DNA from: an uncultured Bacillota bacterium
GTDB taxonomy: Bacteria > Bacillota > DTU025 > MWDF01
NCBI GenBank assembly: GCA_963823655.1
Contig: CAWGMK010000013.1
Span: forward strand, 266,964-330,963
Direction of reading: 5' to 3'
Length of the DNA stretch: 64,000 bases
Shown here piece by piece: positions 21,186 through 30,504 of the stretch; position 1 is the stretch's first letter, and each line of letters opens with the position of its first letter. Made by a program: the position numbers and the translations under genes. Under the pieces are notes generated by a model that saw only the letters and a program-made list of their open reading frames with translations, searched no databases and was not told the origin of the DNA.

Positions 21186-21722
21186 ATGCAAAAGGAGTAT
21201 ATTCTGTCGGGTTTCGGCGGCCAGGGATTGATGCTGGCAGGCATGCTTCTGTCCGAAGCCGGCATGCTAGAGGGCAAGAACGTTTCCTGGATACCCTCAT
21301 ACGGCCCCGAGATGAGAGGCGGCACCGCAAACTGCGCCGTAGTCGTCTCAGAGGAGCCCATAGGTTCCCCCATAGTGGATAATCCCGACGTGGTAGTAGC
21401 AATGAACCTGCCGTCCATGGACAAGTTCGAGCCCGCAATAAAGAAGGGCGGCATCATGGTGTATAACTCAAGCCTTATAAAAAGGCCTCCTGCCAGGAAA
21501 GATATCACCTATATAGCAGCGCCCGCCAACGAGATCGCTGAGGCTCTGGGAAACGAGAAAGTCGCCAACATGGCGATGCTAGGAGCTATGTTTGCGGGAG
21601 ATAAATGGGTGAAGGCCGAGTCTTTGGAGAAAGTCCTGTACAAGAAGATGACAGGTGCCAAGGCAAAGCTTATCCCGCTAAATATCGAGGCGATAAAGAG
21701 GGGTGCCGAGGCCTATAAATAG
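21186..21722 (+). CDS. vorC: 2-oxoacid:ferredoxin oxidoreductase gamma subunit
   Basis: ILSGFGGQGLMLAG..PSYGPEMRGGTANC motif. Confidence 0.85.
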   Translation: MQKEYILSGFGGQGLMLAGMLLSEAGMLEGKNVSWIPSYGPEMRGGTANCAVVVSEEPIGSPIVDNPDVVVAMNLPSMDKFEPAIKKGGIMVYNSSLIKRPPARKDITYIAAPANEIAEALGNEKVANMAMLGAMFAGDKWVKAESLEKVLYKKMTGAKAKLIPLNIEAIKRGAEAYK

Positions 21723-21798
21723 CCTCACGCACTGGCAGACTACCCGGGCGCTTCTTGCAATAAGGTGCGCCCGGGTTTTCAATTCGGAAGGGGGAATC

Positions 21799-22356
21799 AT
21801 GTTGAAGTGCTCGTGCGCGAAAACATCCAAAGAGGTAAGGCTCAGCGGGGGCACAGTCTTCCGGGGCAGAATAATGACGGTAGAAGAAGATAGCGTGCTT
21901 CTTCCAACGGGAGGCACTTCCACAAGGGAGGTAGTGCGCACCGCAGATTTGATATCGGCAGGGATAATCGACGCAGATGGCAAGATATGCCTCGTCAGGC
22001 AGTACAGATACCCTGCCGAGAGGCTTCTTTGGGAGATACCGGCAGGAAGGATAGAGCCCGGAGAGGAGCCGGAAGATGCCGCAGTGCGCGAAGCAGGCGA
22101 GGAGACCGGCCTTCGATGCGAGATAAAAAGCAAGATAGCGGGATTTTACCTTGCCGCGGGCTTTGCCACCGAGTATATGCATATGTACCTTATGGAGATC
22201 ACCGGAAAGTCCGACGCGAAGCCGGACGAAGATGAGGATATTGAAACCGCATTCTTCGGCGAAGCGGAGCTCATGCAAATGCTCGATGACGGCAGCATAG
22301 AAGATTCCAAGACGCTGATCTTCCTGAACTGGTATTTCAGAACCCGCCCCAGATGA
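21799..22356 (+). CDS. nudF: NUDIX hydrolase (ADP-ribose pyrophosphatase-like)
   Basis: Nudix box GRIEPGEEPEDAAVREAGEETG. Confidence 0.8.
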   Translation: MLKCSCAKTSKEVRLSGGTVFRGRIMTVEEDSVLLPTGGTSTREVVRTADLISAGIIDADGKICLVRQYRYPAERLLWEIPAGRIEPGEEPEDAAVREAGEETGLRCEIKSKIAGFYLAAGFATEYMHMYLMEITGKSDAKPDEDEDIETAFFGEAELMQMLDDGSIEDSKTLIFLNWYFRTRPR

Positions 22357-22415
22357 CGGCCGGCTAAGGCATGGTATAATATAATATTATGTAAACATGC
22401 AAGAGAGGTGCGCCG

Positions 22416-23321
22416 ATGCTGGAGGAGTTGGAGGACTATCTGAATTTCCTTGCAGTGGAAAAGGGCCTTTCGGAGAACACCCTTTACTCCTATGCGAGGG
22501 ACCTCATGGACTTTGAGCAGTTCCTCGCCGCGAAGTGCGGCGCTAAGTCCTGCTCTGCGGCCATGGTGCTGACTGCGGACGGTTCCACCGTGTCGGCTTT
22601 CGTGTCGCATTTGTCCGTAGCGGGGCTTTCTGCAGCCAGCGCATCCCGCAAGCTTACTACTATTAGGGGCCTCTATAAATACCTGCTGCGGCAGGGCGCC
22701 ATGAAATCGGACCCGGCATCCAGCGTAGAGTCGATCAAGCAGCACAGGACGCTGCCCAAATGCCTTAGCATGGATGAGACCAAGTCGCTCATTGATTCTC
22801 TCAAGAAGAACAGCCCGAGAGAGCTGAGGGACCTGGCGATGCTTGAGGTGCTTTACGGCTGCGGGCTCAGGGTAAGCGAACTCGTCAACCTCAAGGTAGG
22901 CGATGTGAATACCGAGCACGGCTATGTAAGGTGCATCGGCAAGGGCTCAAAGGAAAGGATAGTCCCTTTAGGCTCGTTCGCGGCCAAGGCAGTTGACGAT
23001 TATATGTCATACGGAAGGTCCGCAATTTGCAATATGAAGCCGAGCTCCTGGCTGTTCGTCACATCCGACGCCAGCCCGATGAGCAGGCAGGCTTTCTGGA
23101 AGAACCTGAAGAAAAGGTGCTTGGAGGCAGGCATCAGCTCAGAGGTTAGCCCCCACACCCTCAGGCACTCTTTTGCAACTCACCTTTTGGAAAATGGTGC
23201 GGATCTAAGATCGGTGCAGGAGATGCTAGGACATGCCGACATTGGCACGACGCAGATATATACTCATCTAACGAAGGCAAAGCTCAGGCAGGTATATGAT
23301 AAGCATCACCCCAGATCGTGA
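22416..23321 (+). CDS. xerD: Site-specific tyrosine recombinase XerD
   Basis: C-terminal catalytic HTLRHSFATHLLENGADLRSVQEMLGHADIGTTQIYTHL; conserved nudF-xerD-deoB neighbourhood. Confidence 0.9.
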   Translation: MLEELEDYLNFLAVEKGLSENTLYSYARDLMDFEQFLAAKCGAKSCSAAMVLTADGSTVSAFVSHLSVAGLSAASASRKLTTIRGLYKYLLRQGAMKSDPASSVESIKQHRTLPKCLSMDETKSLIDSLKKNSPRELRDLAMLEVLYGCGLRVSELVNLKVGDVNTEHGYVRCIGKGSKERIVPLGSFAAKAVDDYMSYGRSAICNMKPSSWLFVTSDASPMSRQAFWKNLKKRCLEAGISSEVSPHTLRHSFATHLLENGADLRSVQEMLGHADIGTTQIYTHLTKAKLRQVYDKHHPRS

Positions 23322-23333
23322 CAGGAGGCAGGT

Positions 23334-24520
23334 ATGCTAGCGACTCAAGGAAAAGGGCGATTATATTGGTTCTGGACGGAGTAGGGGCCGGGCAGCTGCC
23401 GGACGCCGCCTTCTTATAATGACGAGGGCAGCAATACGCTTGCCAACACCGCGCTTGCCGCAGGAGGCCTGAGCTTGCCTACACTTGGCTCCCTGGGCCT
23501 TGGAAATGCCGTAGGCCTTTCCGGGCGGAGCATGCTCGGCGTTGAACCGGCGGCAGCTCCTCTTGCCCGGTGGGGCCGCCTTGGCGAGCTGTCGCCTGGG
23601 AAAGACTCCACTACGGGGCATTGGGAGATGGCAGGATGCGTACTTGAGAAGGCCTTCCCGCTCTATCCGAAGGGATTTCCAAAGGAGATACTCGACGAGT
23701 TCGTGAAGCAGACCGGCCGCGGCGTGCTCTGCAACCTCCCATATTCGGGGACTGATGTAATCCGCGATTACGGCGATGAGCATCTGGATACGGGCAAGCT
23801 GATAGTTTACACTTCTGGCGATTTTGTCTTCCAGATTGCGGCGCATACGGATATCGTCCCTCTGGAGGAGCTATATTCGGCATCTGTGAAAGCGCGACAG
23901 ATACTAATCGGCGAGCATGAAGTCGGCAGGGTGATAGCGAGGCCTTTCGCAGGCCCTCGCGGAGCATATGTGCGGATCGGTGCCAAAAGGCGCGACTTTG
24001 CCATAGAGCCGCCCGTGCCCAACTCTACTGCAGCTTGTGAAGGACTCCGGGCTTAATGTCATGGGGTGCGGCAAGATCGATGATCTCTTCGCAAACAAAG
24101 GCTTGACCCATTCAAGGCATGTATCAGGCAACAAGGCGACGATGGAGGCCCTCATGCAGTTCATGGACGAGGGGCAAGCCGGGCTGATCTTCGCCAACTG
24201 CGTCGACTTCGACATGCTATACGGCCACAGGAATGACTATCAAGGGCATGGCAAGCGCCCTTGAGGAAGTCGATGCCCTTATAGCCGATGTAATGGGCAG
24301 GATGGGGGAGTCGGACCTTATAATTATTACGGCCGACCACGGAAACGACCCCACAACGCCAAGCACCGATCATAGCAGGGAGTATACTCCTGTTCTCGTT
24401 TGGGCGCCCGGCATTGATGCCTTAGGCATCGGAGACAGGAAGAGCTTCGCCGACGTCGGCGCCACCGTCGCCAAATGGCTGGGGGTTGGTTGGGGACTGC
24501 CCGGCGAGAGCATTGCTTAG
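23334..24520 (+). pseudogene. deoB: Phosphopentomutase, fragmented by at least four frame changes
   Basis: DeoB segments appear in successive frames: RAIILVLDGVGAG.., NDEGSNTLANT.., the 23475..24056 ORF, the 24037..24264 ORF and the 24233..24520 ORF (..ITADHGNDPT..). Confidence 0.7.
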
Positions 24521-24541
24521 CCGAAAGGAGAGAGCGGATCT

Positions 24542-25846
24542 ATGCTCATCCAGGATATAATCGCGAAGAAGAAAGTAGGATCCCGCCTTGAGAAAGACGA
24601 GATCGATTTCTTCATAAAAGGAATAGTCAGCGGCGAGATCCCGGACTATCAGGCGACCGCCCTTCTTATGGCCATATGGATAAAAGGCATGGATGTGAAG
24701 GAGACGGTAGACCTTACCCTTTCCATGGCTGAATCTGGAGATATGCTGGACCTTTCGGAAATACCCGGCATAAAGCTGGATAAGCACTCAACAGGAGGAG
24801 TCGCGGATACGACGACTCTAATATTGGCCCCGCTTGTAGCGGCGCTCGGCTACCCTGTGGCGAAACTTTCCGGAAGAGGCTTAGGCCACACCGGAGGCAC
24901 CCTGGACAAGCTGGAGTCTATCCCAGGTATGAGCGTCGATCTTTCCAAGAGGCAGTTCATAGAGCAGGTTAAAAGGATCGGCCTTGCCGTTTCAGGGCAG
25001 ACTGCTGATATCGCCCCCGCCGACAAGATACTTTACTCGTTAAGGGATGTCACATCTACGACGGACAACATCGCGCTAATGGCGTCGAGCATAATGAGCA
25101 AGAAGCTTGCCTCGGGCTCAGATGCCATAGTGCTGGATGTGAAGACGGGAAGAGGCGCCTTCCTGCCCGATGTGGCAAGCTCAACGGAGCTTGCGCGGCT
25201 CATGGTCGACATCGGAAGGGCTTCCGGGCGGAGGATGGCGGCGGTTGTTACGGACATGAACCAGCCTTTGGGCACTGCAATCGGAAATGCCCTTGAGATT
25301 ATTGAGGCGGCCGAGATGCTGGCTAGTCCCAAACCCTCAAGGCTGCTTGACATAGTCATGCATCTTGCGACGCTTATGATAAGATGCGCCGGCGACACCA
25401 GAGACGAGAGCCTGATAAACCTGGACCTGCTCAAAGCGCTTGGGACTGGCAAAGCCCTGCAGAAGCTGTGCGAGATGGTGGAGTGCCAGGGAGGGGACCC
25501 TAGCTACATAGAGAATCCTTCCAAATTCGAGCTGGCCGGCAATGTCTTGGAAGTAAAAGCGCAGAAGGCAGGTTGGATCAGCTCTATAGATGGGCTTGAG
25601 CTGGGCAAAGCGTCAGTGGTAATCGGGGCGGGAAGGCGCCGCAAGGGCGATCCCGTAGATTTCGGTGTGGGCATGGTAATTTCAAAGCAGGTGGGCGACA
25701 GGATCGAGGCGGGGGAGCCTTTCGCGAAAGTGTACGCGAGGAACATCTCCGATCTAAATGCTGCGGCAGCATCCTGCATAAGTGCATTTGCGATATCGGA
25801 GACAAGCACGGCGAAGCCACCCCTTGTCTACGAAACCATAGAGTGA
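24542..25846 (+). CDS. pdp: Pyrimidine-nucleoside (thymidine) phosphorylase
   Basis: IIAKKKVG..DYQATALLMAIWIKGM..DKHSTGGVADTTTL motifs. Confidence 0.9.
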   Translation: MLIQDIIAKKKVGSRLEKDEIDFFIKGIVSGEIPDYQATALLMAIWIKGMDVKETVDLTLSMAESGDMLDLSEIPGIKLDKHSTGGVADTTTLILAPLVAALGYPVAKLSGRGLGHTGGTLDKLESIPGMSVDLSKRQFIEQVKRIGLAVSGQTADIAPADKILYSLRDVTSTTDNIALMASSIMSKKLASGSDAIVLDVKTGRGAFLPDVASSTELARLMVDIGRASGRRMAAVVTDMNQPLGTAIGNALEIIEAAEMLASPKPSRLLDIVMHLATLMIRCAGDTRDESLINLDLLKALGTGKALQKLCEMVECQGGDPSYIENPSKFELAGNVLEVKAQKAGWISSIDGLELGKASVVIGAGRRRKGDPVDFGVGMVISKQVGDRIEAGEPFAKVYARNISDLNAAAASCISAFAISETSTAKPPLVYETIE

Positions 25847-25903
25847 TATACCATTTAAGGCACTTGGTTTAGAATAATACTACTCTGTTCTGGAGGTTTG
25901 TTT

Positions 25904-26884
25904 ATGAAGAAGGGGACAATTCTCAGCGGGATGAGGCCGACGGGCAAGCTGCATCTTGGAAACTACCTGACGCTTAGAAACTGGGTGAAGCTGCAGCGCG
26001 AATATGATTGTTTCTTTACTATCGTGGACTGGCACGCGCTGACGACCGGCTATGAGAATACAACCGAGCTGCCCCAGAACATCAAGGATATGGCGCTTGA
26101 CTGGCTTGCGGCCGGCATTGACCCGGAGGCGGCGCCCGTCTTCGTTCAGTCCCAGGTAAAGCAGCACGCTGAGCTGCATTTGCTGCTATCCATGATAACC
26201 CCCCTCGGTTGGCTTGAGCGCTGCCCTACCTACAAGGAGCAGCTTAGACAGATTTCGGACAGGGAGATCCAGACATACGGCTTTCTCGGCTACCCCGTCT
26301 TGCAGGCGGCCGACATTGCGATATACATGGCTGACACTGTGCCCGTCGGCCAGGACCAGGTCCCCCATATCGAGCTGGCAAGGGAAATCGTAAGGAGATT
26401 CAACTTCCTCTACGGCAATACCCTTGTGGAGCCGGCTGCGATCCTTAACAATGTGCCCCTTCTGCCTGGAACCGACGGAAGGAAGATGAGTAAAAGCTAC
26501 GGCAATTACATAGCGCTCTCCGACGCTCCCGAGAAGGTAGCCCAATCCATCTCGCAGATGGTCACCGACCCTGCCAGGATAAAGAAGAGCGACCCGGGAC
26601 ATCCGGACATATGCACCGTTTTCGCTTACTATGCCGCATTCTTCCCGGAGATGCTGGATGAGGTGCGCACGGAATGCGAAGGTGCGCAGATAGGCTGCGT
26701 CGCGTGCAAGAAACGCCTTTCGGCAAAGCTTCTGGAAGTGCTCTCCCCTATACACGAGAGGAGAAGCATGTTCGCCGCAGACCCCGACCTTGTAGACGGC
26801 ATCCTTTTGAAGGGCGCTGCCTCGGCCGAAAAAACCGCGGAAGCTACGATGAAGCGCGTTAGGTCGGCGATCGGGCTGGCATGA
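25904..26884 (+). CDS. trpS: Tryptophan--tRNA ligase
   Basis: SGMRPTGKLHLGNY (HIGH region) and KMSKS-like KMSKSYG. Confidence 0.9.
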   Translation: MKKGTILSGMRPTGKLHLGNYLTLRNWVKLQREYDCFFTIVDWHALTTGYENTTELPQNIKDMALDWLAAGIDPEAAPVFVQSQVKQHAELHLLLSMITPLGWLERCPTYKEQLRQISDREIQTYGFLGYPVLQAADIAIYMADTVPVGQDQVPHIELAREIVRRFNFLYGNTLVEPAAILNNVPLLPGTDGRKMSKSYGNYIALSDAPEKVAQSISQMVTDPARIKKSDPGHPDICTVFAYYAAFFPEMLDEVRTECEGAQIGCVACKKRLSAKLLEVLSPIHERRSMFAADPDLVDGILLKGAASAEKTAEATMKRVRSAIGLA

Positions 26885-27666
26885 TTGCACTCCCGGAGGC
26901 ATCACATGATGCGGGCAGGTTCCAGGCGCAAGGATACAGCGGGCCGCTGAATCTCCTGTTGGACCTCATTGAGCAGAGAAAGGTCGACATCTGCGAAGTA
27001 TCGCTTGCCCAGATCACCGACGACTACTTGCAGAGGATAAGCCTTGTGCAGTGGCCGGACCTTGAGGAATCCTCCCGCTTCCTGGTGATTGCGGCGACTC
27101 TTTTGTTCATTAAGGCACGGGTCCTTATGCCAAAGCGGAAGGACCTGGATGAGCCCGAAGAGATCGAAGAGGGAGAGGACCCTGCCGAGCTTCTGGTTAA
27201 CAGGCTCAGGGCTTACAAGATATTTAGGGATGCGGCGAGGAAGCTTAGGCTGCTTGAAGCCGATGCCTCCCTGCATTTCCGAAGGGGAAGGTACGAGAAA
27301 CTGGGCTCCAGGTGGCCCGGCAACCCTTTGGAGGGCATGCTGCCTCAGGATTTCCTCGACATAATAACTCGGATCGCCGCAGAGAAGAAGCAGGGGGACA
27401 TATCTGTACCTTACGAGGAGACCCCGCTTGAGGATTTCATGAACTCGCTAATCGGGGCGCTCAAGAGGAAAAGAAATGCGGATTTCCTTAAGGCGCTCGG
27501 TACAATAAAGGACAAGCAGGCCCTCATCGGCAGCCTTCTGGCCCTTCTGGAGCTTGCCAAGCTGGGGATAATATCGATAAGCCAAATGGGGCCGGGACAG
27601 CCGATCTGGATGTCCCTGAGGGAGGAGGGAATACATGGACCTGGTAAAGATGAAATCTTTGATTGA
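26881..27666 (+). CDS. scpA: Segregation and condensation protein A
   Basis: FQAQGYSGPLNLLLDLIEQRKVDICEVSLAQITDDYL. Confidence 0.85.
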   Translation: MIALPEASHDAGRFQAQGYSGPLNLLLDLIEQRKVDICEVSLAQITDDYLQRISLVQWPDLEESSRFLVIAATLLFIKARVLMPKRKDLDEPEEIEEGEDPAELLVNRLRAYKIFRDAARKLRLLEADASLHFRRGRYEKLGSRWPGNPLEGMLPQDFLDIITRIAAEKKQGDISVPYEETPLEDFMNSLIGALKRKRNADFLKALGTIKDKQALIGSLLALLELAKLGIISISQMGPGQPIWMSLREEGIHGPGKDEIFD

Positions 27667-28180
27667 AGCCGTGATATTCGCTTCACCCGAGCCCGTGGAT
27701 ATGCAAGACCTTGCCGCGTCATTGGGCATCGAAACAGGCACTATGTCAGCTCTGTTAAGAGATATCGAAGAGGAGCTGAACCGACCTGATTCGGGAATAA
27801 GGCTTTCTAAAGCGGGAGGCGGGGTCAGCATGGTGACGAAGCCGGAGCTCGCTGACGAAATCTCACAGTACCTGGCGGCTATTCGGCATTCGGCGCTGAC
27901 GGACGCTTCGCTTGAGACGCTTGCGATAATTGCGTACAAGCAGCCAATAACCAAGGCAGAAATCGAGCAGATCAGAGGAGTCGGGGCAGAATCCGCGCTG
28001 ATCACCCTCGCTCAAAGAGGGCTGATAGCCGAAAGGGGCCGCAAGAGCGCCCCGGGACGCCCCATTTTGTACGGGACAACTAAGGATTTTCTAGTATACT
28101 TGGGTTTGCCGGACATAGCATCGCTTCCGGGCATTGAAATGGAAACCGACGAGGGGCAGAAGCTTCCGGGTTTAGATTAG
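27635..28180 (+). CDS. scpB: Segregation and condensation protein B
   Basis: LIEAVIFASPEPV..; winged-helix ScpB family; follows scpA. Confidence 0.85.
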   Translation: MDLVKMKSLIEAVIFASPEPVDMQDLAASLGIETGTMSALLRDIEEELNRPDSGIRLSKAGGGVSMVTKPELADEISQYLAAIRHSALTDASLETLAIIAYKQPITKAEIEQIRGVGAESALITLAQRGLIAERGRKSAPGRPILYGTTKDFLVYLGLPDIASLPGIEMETDEGQKLPGLD

Positions 28181-28203
28181 GGCAGCGCAGTTAGCGCTCA
28201 GAG

Positions 28204-28854
28204 GTGTTTATTATGGTAGTAGCAGTGATTGGTCTCGGAGTATTCGGCGTTTCAGTTGCCTTAAAGCTCGCATATGAAGGCGCCGAAGTATTCGCCATCG
28301 ACAAGGAAGAGGAAAAGGTCAAGAAGTACGCAAATTTCGTTACTCATGCCGTTTCGGCTGACGTTACCGATAGGGACGCCATGGAGAGCATCGGCATCAG
28401 GAACGTGGACGTGGCCGTCATAACGACCGCCTCCGATATAACGATGTCGGTCGTGGGAACCATGGTGCTCAAGGAGCTGGGTATCCCCAGGGTAATCGCG
28501 AAGGCGAAGGATGAGATGCACGGCAGAATTTTGCAGGCTGTCGGCGCCAGCCGCGTTGTCTACCCCGAGAAGGAGGCCGGCGAGAGGCTGGCCCACTCCA
28601 TACTCTCGAACAACTTCATCGATCTCATTGAACTCGATCCTAGGTTCTCAATTCTCGAGATCAAGGCGCCGGAGAAGATTGTGGGCAGGACACTCAAGCA
28701 GATAGACGTAAGGGCCAAGTACGGCGTTAACATAGTAGCCGTCAAATCGGCGGACAAATGGATACTGACGCCGGGGGCCAACGATGTAATAAAGCAGAAT
28801 GACATTCTAGTCACCATAGGCTCGAACGAGGATTTGGAGAAGTTCAAGGAATGA
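28204..28854 (+). CDS. TrkA/KtrA-family K+ transport regulatory protein (RCK N+C domains)
   Basis: VIGLGVFGVSVALKL Rossmann motif and RCK_C domain. No adjacent TrkH/KtrB membrane partner. Confidence 0.7.
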   Translation: MFIMVVAVIGLGVFGVSVALKLAYEGAEVFAIDKEEEKVKKYANFVTHAVSADVTDRDAMESIGIRNVDVAVITTASDITMSVVGTMVLKELGIPRVIAKAKDEMHGRILQAVGASRVVYPEKEAGERLAHSILSNNFIDLIELDPRFSILEIKAPEKIVGRTLKQIDVRAKYGVNIVAVKSADKWILTPGANDVIKQNDILVTIGSNEDLEKFKE

Positions 28855-29510
28855 CAGAACAGAGGATATCCAAATATCTCGCCTATTGCGGCATCGCCTC
28901 CAGACGCAAGTCGGAGGCTTTCGTCACATCGGGCAGAGTCAGCGTAAACGGCGAGACCATCACGGATTTAGCCTACAAAGTGAACCCTGATGACAAGGTT
29001 TGCCTTGATGGCCGGCCGATCACTCCTGCGGGCAACTTCATCTATATCATGTTGAATAAACCCAGGGGCTACCTTACCACAGCATCGGACGATCGCGGCC
29101 GCAAGACCGTAATGTCCCTTATAGAGCCCGGAGAGCATAGGGTTTTCCCTGTCGGCAGGCTAGATCTGGATTCGGAAGGCCTTCTTTTGCTGACAGACGA
29201 CGGCGACCTGGCGTTCCGGCTAACACACCCGGGAAAGAATATAGACAAGAAATATGTGGCGGCACTTAGCAATCCTATAAAAGAGGATTTCTTACAGATT
29301 TTGCGAATAGGTATTATGTTAGACGAGACTTTGACCTCACCGGCAAAGGTTAGGAAGGTGCACCCTTCCGGCCTCATAATTGAGGTTGTGATCCATGAGG
29401 GCAGGAAGCGGCAGGTTAGGCGCATGGTAGAGGCAGCAGGTAGCAGGGTATCTCTCACTGAAGCGCACCGAACTGGGGCCCTTGCAGCTGGGTTCGCTGA
29501 AAACCGGTGA
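28851..29510 (+). CDS. rluB: rRNA pseudouridine synthase (RluB/RsuA family), with a probable frame change near the C-terminus (about 29455)
   Basis: S4 domain (ISKYLAYCGIASRRKSEAFVTSGRVSVNG) and a catalytic domain. The conserved C-terminal GEWRYLTEDEV continues in the adjacent frame. Confidence 0.8.
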   Translation: MTEQRISKYLAYCGIASRRKSEAFVTSGRVSVNGETITDLAYKVNPDDKVCLDGRPITPAGNFIYIMLNKPRGYLTTASDDRGRKTVMSLIEPGEHRVFPVGRLDLDSEGLLLLTDDGDLAFRLTHPGKNIDKKYVAALSNPIKEDFLQILRIGIMLDETLTSPAKVRKVHPSGLIIEVVIHEGRKRQVRRMVEAAGSRVSLTEAHRTGALAAGFAENR

Positions 29511-29587
29511 ATGGAGATATCTGACTGAGGACGAGGTTCTGAACCTTAGGCAATTAGGAGACAAAGTCCCCGAAAGGAGGGCCGGCG

Positions 29588-29929
29588 ATGATAAAGAGGA
29601 TCAAGAACAATAGTGGCTTAACGGCAGTCGAGGTAATCGTTGCCGCCGTAATCCTCGTTATTGCATCTGTATCCCTGCTTGGGCTCTATAACAGCAATTT
29701 CGGCTGGATTATTGGGGCCGGTTTCAGGACAGAGGCCGTTGATAAGGCAAAGGCATTGATTGATGCGAAAATCGCGGCCGGGGCAGCTACAGGTTCGACC
29801 GGCCAGCTGGTAATAAGCTTCACGGGAACTGATGACGTTATTGTAGAGGGCGAGTTCGTCAGGTTCACAGGAACAGACGGCCCTAACGACTCAACATCGG
29901 TGACTCTTAATACATTCATCCCTAAGTAG
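29588..29929 (+). CDS. Prepilin-type N-terminal cleavage/methylation domain protein (type IV pilin/pseudopilin-like)
   Basis: N-terminal KNNSG|LTAVEVIVAAVILVIASVSLLGLY; class III signal peptide with Gly at -1 and Glu at +5. Confidence 0.7.
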   Translation: MIKRIKNNSGLTAVEVIVAAVILVIASVSLLGLYNSNFGWIIGAGFRTEAVDKAKALIDAKIAAGAATGSTGQLVISFTGTDDVIVEGEFVRFTGTDGPNDSTSVTLNTFIPK

Positions 29930-29944
29930 ACAGAAAGGAGGAGG

Positions 29945-30397
29945 CGCTAGTGCTCTTACGCAGGCTGAGAAATCAAAAAGGCGTGACTCTGGTCGAGCTT
30001 ATTCTTGTCATTGCAGTGCTCGGATTTGTGATGGCTGCCGCGCTCTCCTTCTTCTTGATTGGGCACCAGGACATTTTCTTTGGGAAGCAGCCAGGCTAAG
30101 GTACAGCAGGAAGCAAGGCTGGCTACGACTATAGTCAGCGGCGATTTGAGGACTTCCTTGAACGTACGCGCCTATTTCCCGGGGGACACATGGGTTGCAG
30201 ATTTAGACGACTATGTAGTGCAGAGGATAGGGACTGAGGCTCCTTTCTCGCTGATGTATACGAGGCCTAGCGGCAATTTGGAGACAGATTCAGTATTTAC
30301 GAGCCTGGTTTTCAACGTTGTTACAGATGCAAACGGAAAGAGGTTCATCGTTTTCGAAGCAACAGGCGTGGATAGGGCAAAGGCAATATACAATTAA
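29945..30397 (+). pseudogene. Second prepilin-type pilin-like gene (GTG start), with a frame change near 30075
   Basis: LRNQKG|VTLVELILVIAVLGFVMAAALSFF classic pilin N-terminus in one frame. The ORF 30059..30397 continues in the next frame. Confidence 0.55.
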
Positions 30398-30504
30398 TTC
30401 TTCCATGTTGCTCGAAAACTATAATAAGCATCCATTACTCGCAGATGGCGAGGGCTATACAGTTATTGTCTTCGACAAGTAAGTAGCTTTGAAGGAGGGG
30501 CGAC

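Noticed and set aside
25847-25903. Possible T-box riboswitch leader upstream of trpS
   Set aside because: The intergenic space is only about 55 nt. That is far too short for a T-box (about 250 nt), and no specifier or T-box consensus (AGGGUGGNACCGCG) is present.
30400-30504. Promoter-like TTGCTC...TATAAT upstream of the PilX-like gene
   Set aside because: The spacer between the candidate -35 and -10 hexamers is only about 6 nt, which is not a functional sigma-A geometry.
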